From Bacteroidota bacterium (GTDB lineage Bacteria; Bacteroidota; Ignavibacteria; Tepidaquicellales; Tepidaquicellaceae), in assembly GCA_036786155.1 (NCBI GenBank), contig DAIQRO010000007.1:1-35456 (forward strand): a DNA stretch of 35,456 bases, read 5' to 3'. Below are positions 9,173 through 16,120 of this stretch, piece by piece (the stretch's first letter is position 1; the number at the start of each line of letters is the position of its first letter). A program made the translations under genes and the position numbers. The notes beneath the pieces were generated by a model. It saw only the letters and a list, made by a program, of their open reading frames with translations, had not been told where the DNA came from and searched no databases.

Positions 9173-10162
9173 TCACGGAGTGATTGCCGTGATGTAGTTC
9201 GCAGCGTTGTTGTCGCCTATCGAGTAATCCGTGCCGTCAACAAAGTTATCGCCGTTAAGGTCGGCGGCAACATAGCCCGTTACAAATGCCAATGCGCCGT
9301 TATCAATGATGCTCAGGTCTGTTGCATCAATTACCGCATCCTGATTCACATCCCCGCTGTACGTGCAGAACCGTGAACCCTTCTGAACCATGTTACTGCC
9401 GTAAGCTTTTGACGCCGCATTCGTGAAATCGTAGATCAATGCGTTGTTTGTCCATGAAACCGTATTGCCGCTCCAAAGCTCAAGCCCGTTCCTGTGGAGA
9501 ACCTGTATATAATAAGGTGTAAAGCTCGGTGCTGAAATGAAATTGAAGAAGAGCCCGCTTCCCGTGCTGTCAAGCCTTGTCCTTGCAACATCAACTACAG
9601 AATAAGGAACTATTGAACTGCGGAGGTTTACCTGCACTGTATCCTTCAACATCTTGTTTGTGATCTCATTATACATTCCTTCCGTCAGGTAAGTCAGCCT
9701 GAAATACCTCAACTGCATGTTCATCTGTGTCCTTATCTCTCCGTTGAATGCATATGCCGTATGAATGTCTGCATACATCCTGCCCTGAAGCAGTATTGTT
9801 TCAACGGCTGGAACAAGAATAAATGTATTGCTGTATGTGCCGTTTGTCACTCCGAGAGGAAAGCCGGCCCAGTTGACCAGTGTGCCTGCGTTCTCGGTTG
9901 TCGAAGCCGGTCCGTGAAAGTGCGCGCCGAGGGTTACTCCGGACAGAAGAGAAAAACTTACGTTGACCGTAAGTTCATTTGTTACATCGTTGTATGTTCC
10001 GATAAGCGATGCAGTCCCGTTTGTGCTTACCGGCGGAACCACATTTGAACCGGACAGATAAAGATTGAATGTGTACATAGTGGCGAAGGATTCCTTAATT
10101 GCAGCGAAATGCATCGTGAGAAACAGCAATGCCCCAAACATAAGGCCGGTACTTTTATTCAT
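9173..10162 (-). CDS. Secreted CHRD-domain protein with a C-terminal beta-sandwich-like plus dockerin-like module. 329 aa.
   Basis: Signal peptide MNKSTGLMFGALLFLTMHFAA. CHRD signature: LSGSNVVPPVSTNGTASL...LGAHFHGPASTTENAGTLV...GRMYADIHTAYAFNGEIRTQM. The C-terminal part reads YSGDVNQDAVIDATDLSIIDN...ADLNGDNFVDGTDYSIGDNN, two EF-hand-like dockerin repeats. Confidence 0.8.
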   Translation of the reverse strand: MNKSTGLMFGALLFLTMHFAAIKESFATMYTFNLYLSGSNVVPPVSTNGTASLIGTYNDVTNELTVNVSFSLLSGVTLGAHFHGPASTTENAGTLVNWAGFPLGVTNGTYSNTFILVPAVETILLQGRMYADIHTAYAFNGEIRTQMNMQLRYFRLTYLTEGMYNEITNKMLKDTVQVNLRSSIVPYSVVDVARTRLDSTGSGLFFNFISAPSFTPYYIQVLHRNGLELWSGNTVSWTNNALIYDFTNAASKAYGSNMVQKGSRFCTYSGDVNQDAVIDATDLSIIDNGALAFVTGYVAADLNGDNFVDGTDYSIGDNNAANYITAITP

Positions 10163-10250
10163 TATATGAGGATAAGAAGATGATGAAATTGCCGTAAATT
10201 ATTCGTATTGCCTCTAACTTACAACACCTTTGATTGCAATGCAGGGCTTG

Positions 10251-13200
10251 TCATTCCTGCGAACCGGGATCAATAACATTCATAACCTCATCAACACTTG
10301 CCAGTTTTCCCTTTTCGAAAAATTCCATGAACTCATCATTCGAAATGGAGCTCTGTACTGAGTTTGATATGGCGCTGAATATCTGTTCCTCAAAATTGTC
10401 TTTCTTCACATTCAGCTTGCCAAGCTGTTCCTCCGCAAAACCAATAAGCAATGCCGCAATTCCGGGATCATTGCCGAATGCTTTGCATCCTGCCAGACCG
10501 TAGATGTTAAGCGCGATCTCTTTCTTCAGGCCAAGTTCAATGCAAAGCCTGAGACTCTCTGAAAAATTTTCCGATGCGGATCCATATTCTTTTTGTAAGA
10601 GGCCGAGCATTCCAAGATAATGAAGGTTGAATGCAGTGCCGGGCTTGTGGGAGATCTCGCGCGAGAGTTCAAGGCTTTCGTTCAACCGGACTCTTGCGCC
10701 ATCATGGTCAATGCCTTTGAGAAGCACTCCGCCGTATGTGAAAAGTGCGAACGCCATTCCTGCCTTGTCATCAGTTGCTTTGAAGATGCTGATGCATTCC
10801 TCAAGAAGTTCACCTGCACGAACTGTATCGCCGTTATGAAATGCAGTGTTTCCGAGAGAACATAACGCAAAAGCAGTCCCGCGCCTGTCGCCGATCTCAC
10901 GGAATATCTCAGCGGCTTTCGAAAGATATTCGAATGCTTCGTTGTAGTTGCATGAATTGATCGCAAGGTTTCCAAGACTGTTGACCGAATATGCTTCGCC
11001 TCTTTTATCACCAAGCTCACGAAAGATCTTGCTGTTTTCATTCAGATATTCAATTGCTTTTTCATACTCCGCCTGCTCTGAGCAGATGCTTGCGAGATTG
11101 TTAAGGCAGAATGCAATCCCCCTCTTGTCACTGATCTGCCTGTGAATCACAAGCCCCTCTTCGAGAATTTGTTTCGCTCTCTCAAACTTTCCCTGTTCAA
11201 TAAGCACCGCGCCGTAGTCGTTGAGTGAGTATGCTGTGCCGCGCTTGTCGTTTGATTTTCTGAACATCTCAAGCGCTTCTTCATGCAATTCTTCCGATCG
11301 CCTGTATTCGCCCTGCTCATATGAAAGCAGTCCGAAGTTCTTCAGCGCCGCCGCTATCCCGGCCTCGTTCCCGCTTTGCCGGAAAATGGAAAGTGATTCG
11401 GAGTACCTTGCTTTGGCCGTTTCAATGTCGCCCTGTATGTGTGCAAGCCTGCCCGCATGAACAAGCGCCCTTGCCCTCTTATCTCCGCCGATGTTGCGTC
11501 CCGCATCAAGCGCGCTCTCAAGCCTGTGCCTGCCTTCGGAGTAGATCCCTCTCAATTCCCAATAATATCCCATCGCACCGGCAATTTCAAGCGAATCCTC
11601 AAAGCGGGATAAAATCATTGAATGAGAAAATGCCTTCTCTATATTGCCTGATTCAGCTTCGGTCAAAGCAAGCCAGGTTTTCATGTCAGGGCCTTTTAGG
11701 TTTGTCCCCGCTTCCGCTGCTGCAGACTTGAAGTATTCAAGATGGCGGTCCGTAACATTGTCAATCATGCCGCCCGACTTCAGCTTCTCATCTCCGTACT
11801 GCCTGATTGTCTCAAGCATTCTGTATCTGTCCGAACTCTCATCAAAGATCACTATGGATTTCTCACGGAGATTCTGAAGAAGGTCCATCACTTCCGAATT
11901 CTCGGAATGACATACCATCTCTGCGGCTTCGAGTGTCCATCCTCCGGAAAAAACAGACAGCTTTGACCAAAGCTCTTTCTCTTCATCGGCGAGCAGGTCA
12001 TAGCTCCAGTCGATCATTGTCCTTAATGTCTGCTGTCTTGGAATTGCCGTGCGCCTTCCCCCTGTAAGAAGACTGAACCTGTCATCAAGCCGGTCGTGGA
12101 TCTTCTCTGGTGAAAGGATCTTCGTCCTTGCCGCGGCAAGTTCAATTGCGAGGGGAATGCCGTCAAGGCGATGGCAGATAGCAGCTACTGCGGCGGCATT
12201 GTTATTGTTTACTCTGAACTTCGGGTTCGCGCTCAGGGCTCTTTCAATGAATAGTCTTACAGCCTCATACTGAGTGATCTTTTCGGGAGTATGGATCTCT
12301 TTCGGGTCGGGCGCTGACAATGACAATGTATGATGCGTCTGCTCGCCCTGGCACCTCAGCGCTTCGCGGCTTGTTGCAAGTATCCTTATTCCGGAAGAAC
12401 TCTTAAGAAGTTTTTCCGCCAGTAAGGAGCATGATTCGATGAGATGCTCACAGTTGTCAAGCACAAGGAGAAGCTCTTTCTTGTTCAGGAATTCAAGAAG
12501 CGTTTGTTCTGCATTCTGCTTTGCTTCTTCCTTCACACCAAGCGACAAGAGAATTTCCTGCGGCAATAATCCCGGATCATGGATCGCGTCAAGCTCAACA
12601 AACCATACTCCGTTCGCAAAATGATCTATGACATCGGCGGCTACCTGCAGTGCCAGCCTCGTCTTTCCCGTGCCACCGGGACCTGTAAGAGTAAGTAGCC
12701 TTGCATCATTGAGCTTGCTCCTTATCTGCTTCATCTCTTCTTCCCGTCCCACAAAACTCGTAAGCTGAACAGGCAGATTATTTGGCCTGGCATCAAGTGT
12801 CTTCAGAGGGGGAAAGTCTTCGCGCAGGCCGGGAGACAACACCTGAAACAGGCGCAGTGGCTGTATGACATCCTTGAGTCTCCTTATGCCAAGGTCGCGG
12901 AAAGAAAATTCGGCACTGCCACTGTCTCCTGCATATTCCTCTGCAAGCATGTGAGCATCTTCAGAAACAATCACCTGCTCTCCGTAAGCTGAAGACATTA
13001 CTCTTGCAGACCTTGCAAGGGTAATGTAACCCATGTAGTTGTTTCCGTTCCACTCTGCGCTGCCGCTGTGAATTCCGATCCTCACTTTGATCGGCGCAGA
13101 GCCCCAATCTTCGGCTCCAAGATGCCTTTGGATATCAACTGCGGCTCTAATGGCATCCGTTGCATTTGCAAATGCACAGCAGTATGCATCTCCCACAGTG

Positions 13201-13367
13201 CGGAATACAAATCCACCGTTCGACTCAATTGAATTGTCCAGTATGCTGTGATGCCTCTCGAGAAGATCATGAAGCTTGTCCGGAAACTCCTGCGCAAGCC
13301 GCGTGCTTCCTTCGATGTCGGTAAAGAGAAAAGTTACAGTCCCTGAGGGAGGAGTGAAAGTCTGCAT
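10251..13367 (-). CDS. Class III adenylate/guanylate cyclase domain, NB-ARC-like STAND P-loop NTPase and TPR array in one protein. 1038 aa, no obvious DNA-binding domain.
   Basis: N-terminus: TFLFTDIEGSTRLAQEF ... FRTVGDAYCCAF ... VRIGIHSGSAEW (cyclase fold with both metal Asp). Walker A: LTLTGPGGTGKTRLA. Walker B: LLLVLDNCEHL. Winged-helix-like stretch: LWSKLSVFSGGWTLEAAE. The C-terminal ~400 aa consist of about 40-aa TPR-like repeats (A..LN.LG......G.Y..A.EY...). Confidence 0.85.
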   Translation of the reverse strand: MQTFTPPSGTVTFLFTDIEGSTRLAQEFPDKLHDLLERHHSILDNSIESNGGFVFRTVGDAYCCAFANATDAIRAAVDIQRHLGAEDWGSAPIKVRIGIHSGSAEWNGNNYMGYITLARSARVMSSAYGEQVIVSEDAHMLAEEYAGDSGSAEFSFRDLGIRRLKDVIQPLRLFQVLSPGLREDFPPLKTLDARPNNLPVQLTSFVGREEEMKQIRSKLNDARLLTLTGPGGTGKTRLALQVAADVIDHFANGVWFVELDAIHDPGLLPQEILLSLGVKEEAKQNAEQTLLEFLNKKELLLVLDNCEHLIESCSLLAEKLLKSSSGIRILATSREALRCQGEQTHHTLSLSAPDPKEIHTPEKITQYEAVRLFIERALSANPKFRVNNNNAAAVAAICHRLDGIPLAIELAAARTKILSPEKIHDRLDDRFSLLTGGRRTAIPRQQTLRTMIDWSYDLLADEEKELWSKLSVFSGGWTLEAAEMVCHSENSEVMDLLQNLREKSIVIFDESSDRYRMLETIRQYGDEKLKSGGMIDNVTDRHLEYFKSAAAEAGTNLKGPDMKTWLALTEAESGNIEKAFSHSMILSRFEDSLEIAGAMGYYWELRGIYSEGRHRLESALDAGRNIGGDKRARALVHAGRLAHIQGDIETAKARYSESLSIFRQSGNEAGIAAALKNFGLLSYEQGEYRRSEELHEEALEMFRKSNDKRGTAYSLNDYGAVLIEQGKFERAKQILEEGLVIHRQISDKRGIAFCLNNLASICSEQAEYEKAIEYLNENSKIFRELGDKRGEAYSVNSLGNLAINSCNYNEAFEYLSKAAEIFREIGDRRGTAFALCSLGNTAFHNGDTVRAGELLEECISIFKATDDKAGMAFALFTYGGVLLKGIDHDGARVRLNESLELSREISHKPGTAFNLHYLGMLGLLQKEYGSASENFSESLRLCIELGLKKEIALNIYGLAGCKAFGNDPGIAALLIGFAEEQLGKLNVKKDNFEEQIFSAISNSVQSSISNDEFMEFFEKGKLASVDEVMNVIDPGSQE

Positions 13368-13529
13368 AAGCTCAGATCGAGGAATCTGAGTTTACATGAT
13401 GAAAGGTGTGTGCACTTAGCATCAGAGGATGTGTATCAAATTCGCATGTATATTGTTTACCTGCTGAATGATAATCACCTGAATCTGCAATCAACTGTTC
13501 GGTGGCCAACGGAATCTTCACGTTAATGT

Positions 13530-13970
13530 TCATTTCAATCGCAGAAGGACTCCTTTGCGCTTCACAATATTCTTGTAATCCCACTGAATGTCTCTCGCTT
13601 TCTTAAGCCATCTTTTAAGATCAGTTTTATTGATCTGCTTTGCGGCAGTGTATCTGAATTCAGCCGCCTTGAAACTGCCTTCATTGCTGAGCTTCTCTTC
13701 GCCGAATGATTGTCCGCTCCAGAACAGGAGTCTTATGCAGTCCTTCAGCTTGCTGTAACCTGCAACCGGATTCCCATCGATGAACCACACCGGATGCCTG
13801 TGCCAGATCTTATGCTCAGCTTCCGGAATTGCGCAGCATATTTCTTTGTAAAGTATGTCGCAGATCTCCCTGTCGCTGTCGGATTGCGAGCTGTTGTAAT
13901 CTAAGATCTCATCTTTCAATGTTTTATAAAATTTACCTTTAGCAAATAGTAGCCCGGCGGCAACAACCAC
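13530..13970 (-). CDS. DUF1801 (YdhG-like) family protein, 146 aa
   Basis: Motifs IPEAEHKIWHRHPVWFIDGNPVAGYSKLKDCIRLLFWSG and a C-terminal DIQWDYKNIVKRKG resemble DUF1801 proteins. The only in-frame start is GTG at 13970 (there is no internal Met), 3 nt after the upstream stop, which suggests translational coupling. Confidence 0.55.
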   Translation of the reverse strand: MVVAAGLLFAKGKFYKTLKDEILDYNSSQSDSDREICDILYKEICCAIPEAEHKIWHRHPVWFIDGNPVAGYSKLKDCIRLLFWSGQSFGEEKLSNEGSFKAAEFRYTAAKQINKTDLKRWLKKARDIQWDYKNIVKRKGVLLRLK

Positions 13971-13973
13971 ACT

Positions 13974-15218
13974 TCACCGGAAACCAAACACAACAGGAAA
14001 AAGGAATGCCACAACTGCCGCCCACAGTATGTAAACAGGCAGGAACGCAGCGATGCTTTCCGCCGCCTTTCCGATCTCACTCCCCTTTTTTACCGAACGC
14101 CAGAGCCTGAATGATACAATGAGAAGGTTTGCAAGTATGAGCAAATTGCCGCCAAGCACTGCAAGCCTGTTGGGAGTGATGCCCCATTCCGATATCCTGA
14201 ATACAATTGCAGAAAGTGCGATGCAGTTAACAATGATAGTAAGCACGGATAATGCAAACAGCATTACTGCTCTTTCCTTGCTTACGGAATTCACAGATGA
14301 CTCAGCAACGGAAAAGAGAATTATTGCCATCACTCCGATAAGAAGCAGATTGAAAATCAAAAGAAACTCCCTGTCGTTAAAAGGATCTCTTCCGCTGACC
14401 AAAACCGTAACAAGATAAGCTATGAGGGTAATGAGCACAAGAGGAGTGAAAACTCTCGCAATTACAGGAGATACTTTGTTCACTATCGCGGGATTTGCCT
14501 GTAACAGGTAAGCCGCAACTATCGGAGACGCAGCAAGTCCGAAGACAGCGACATACTTTGTGAAATAGCGGGTGAAGTGATTATCAATCTGGGAGAATAA
14601 GCCTATGCTGAGCCCCGTCAGTATTCCGCCGGCAATCAAGATGACAGCTGTCATCACTGCCATATCCCCGTTAAACTTAAGAAACTCAATTCGCGCAGTA
14701 TTGTCCTTGAGTTTACTGCCGGCGTATGCATATCCCGCCACAGCCCACAGGATAAGCGGGATATGAATGCATGCAAGCTTTACGGTATCACTCTTGAGAT
14801 TGTTCGGAAGCACTGCGATGTAAACGGCCGATGCAAAGATCACTAATGCGGGCAGCATGAGTTTCGAAAAAGGTATGTCATTCTTGAATGCAAAGTAAGC
14901 AGTAAGAAAGGGGAACACGAGAAAGGCGGTAAAACGCATATAAAAATATTCACTGTTTATCTGGCCAATTTCAGGAAACTTTGCTCCAAGTCCGGCAAGC
15001 ATGCAGGCAATAACCACAAAGAGGATTTCATTCTGTTTGTCAATCCGGCCTTCATGATAGCTGTAGTTCAGCCTTTCATTCCATACCTGCGCAACAGCAT
15101 TTCCGGAGATGTCATCATAGATCAGATTGAATTCATTTTGGAATGCCGCCTTGTTATTTCTGTACAGTTTTTCCAGGCGTGCCGGTTCGCTCAGGCCGGC
15201 AATGATCTCTTCGCGCAT
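13974..15218 (-). CDS. Polytopic inner-membrane protein of unknown function (possibly DUF4153-like)
   Basis: A soluble N-terminus of about 70 aa is followed by roughly 10 hydrophobic helices. The ORF track starts at TTG 15245. I prefer the ATG at 15218 (MREEIIAGLSEP...). Confidence 0.6.
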   Translation of the reverse strand: MREEIIAGLSEPARLEKLYRNNKAAFQNEFNLIYDDISGNAVAQVWNERLNYSYHEGRIDKQNEILFVVIACMLAGLGAKFPEIGQINSEYFYMRFTAFLVFPFLTAYFAFKNDIPFSKLMLPALVIFASAVYIAVLPNNLKSDTVKLACIHIPLILWAVAGYAYAGSKLKDNTARIEFLKFNGDMAVMTAVILIAGGILTGLSIGLFSQIDNHFTRYFTKYVAVFGLAASPIVAAYLLQANPAIVNKVSPVIARVFTPLVLITLIAYLVTVLVSGRDPFNDREFLLIFNLLLIGVMAIILFSVAESSVNSVSKERAVMLFALSVLTIIVNCIALSAIVFRISEWGITPNRLAVLGGNLLILANLLIVSFRLWRSVKKGSEIGKAAESIAAFLPVYILWAAVVAFLFPVVFGFR

Positions 15219-15390
15219 CTTTAATGTTAAGATTGTATGCTTCAAAGTTACGGAACTTCAGTGAAACATGTTGCGGCAATAATGACTCACTCTTTGATTC
15301 AATGATCAGAGGTCACATCTTAAGAAGGTAACTGTATAGAATACATTATTAATTCTTTGATCTCTTTATACATCACAAACCTCTTAGAAT

Positions 15391-15741
15391 AATTTTGAGA
15401 CACAGTAACCTTCACACACCCCGGATCAGCGCAATCTGCGGGAGACATACCATATGATTAATTTCGATATGTGTTCATTTTCACCCGCTGCGGATCAGCG
15501 CAAATACGCGTAATCTGCGGGAACCATCCGTGAAAATAGTTTTGAGAAGTGCCCATATTCATTCGCTGCGGATCAGCGCAAATCCGCACAATCTGCGGGA
15601 GCTACACCATGTGATTAATTTCGATGTGTGCTCATCTTCACCCTCTGCAGATCAGCACCAATCTGCAAGAGACATACATTACAATCATCTCAAGACTTAC
15701 CCACGTTCACTCGCTGAGAATCCGCGTAATCTGCGGGAGAA
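15391..15741. repeat. Tandem array of five units of a 68-79 bp REP-like intergenic element
   Basis: The core AATCTGC(G/A)(G/A)GAG recurs at 15433, 15512, 15590, 15660 and 15728. Each core is preceded by (C)TGCGGATCAGCGCAAATCCGC(A/G), which contains the hairpin TGCGGAT/ATCCGCA. The segments between cores are themselves related to each other (for example catatgattaatttcgatatgtgttcattttcaccc versus catgtgattaatttcgatgtgtgctcatcttcaccc). Confidence 0.85.
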
Positions 15742-16120
15742 CTAAAACACATTGACATTTGAATCCGAATTGCCTATTTCACCCACAACAGAACAAATAT
15801 GAAGGCGTTGCCTTAAATTGGCGGCGGATATATTCCCACAATCTTCCCGAACGTGCATCACAGGGAACAAACTCACACCACCGGCAATCAAAGACTACTT
15901 GCCCTGATGACAACATAATTCGTTCACATGCAGAACGATATTTGTCCAGTGTTACGGTATTTTTCACACCAATGAAATTTTGAAGCACACCGGTTGCCAT
16001 AGCGGTTCTTAGAGCTGTATTGATTCATCACACAGTTTATTCCTGTGAGCGTGGAATATAATGTGTCAGAAGCCGCTTGTCCGGACTCAACTAACATCAA
16101 TTCACCTAAATGAATCAATC

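Noticed and set aside
10620-12624. Many 60-136-aa ORFs on both strands inside the cyclase-STAND-TPR gene (for example 10682..11041, 11321..11731, 11807..12067)
   Set aside because: They are nested in or antisense to a 1038-aa ORF with coherent domain architecture. Their compositions are low-complexity and Ser/Arg/Cys-rich, as expected for off-frame readings.
15391-15741. CRISPR array hypothesis for the regularly spaced AATCTGCGGGAG repeats (and for the second array at 21370..21575)
   Set aside because: The 'spacers' are homologous to one another within and between the two loci. The repeat period drifts from 68 to 79 bp, the repeat has internal sub-repeats, and there are no cas genes or leader in the window. 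It behaves as a tandem REP-like element.
15530-15745. ORFs reading through the repeat arrays (15530..15745, 21236..21430, 21283..21537, 21503..21712)
   Set aside because: Their sequences are simply translations of the repeat (..NPHNLRE.., ..NPRNLRE..). This is the typical spurious small-protein call for such elements.
16061-16120. N-terminal extensions given by the ORF track at TTG/GTG or upstream ATG codons (16061, 15245, 25308, 27127, 28012, 31849)
   Set aside because: In each case a downstream ATG begins a canonical signal peptide or the family N-terminus. At 28012 the TTG also overlaps a TAnnTTTG box. The starts remain unverified without experimental data.
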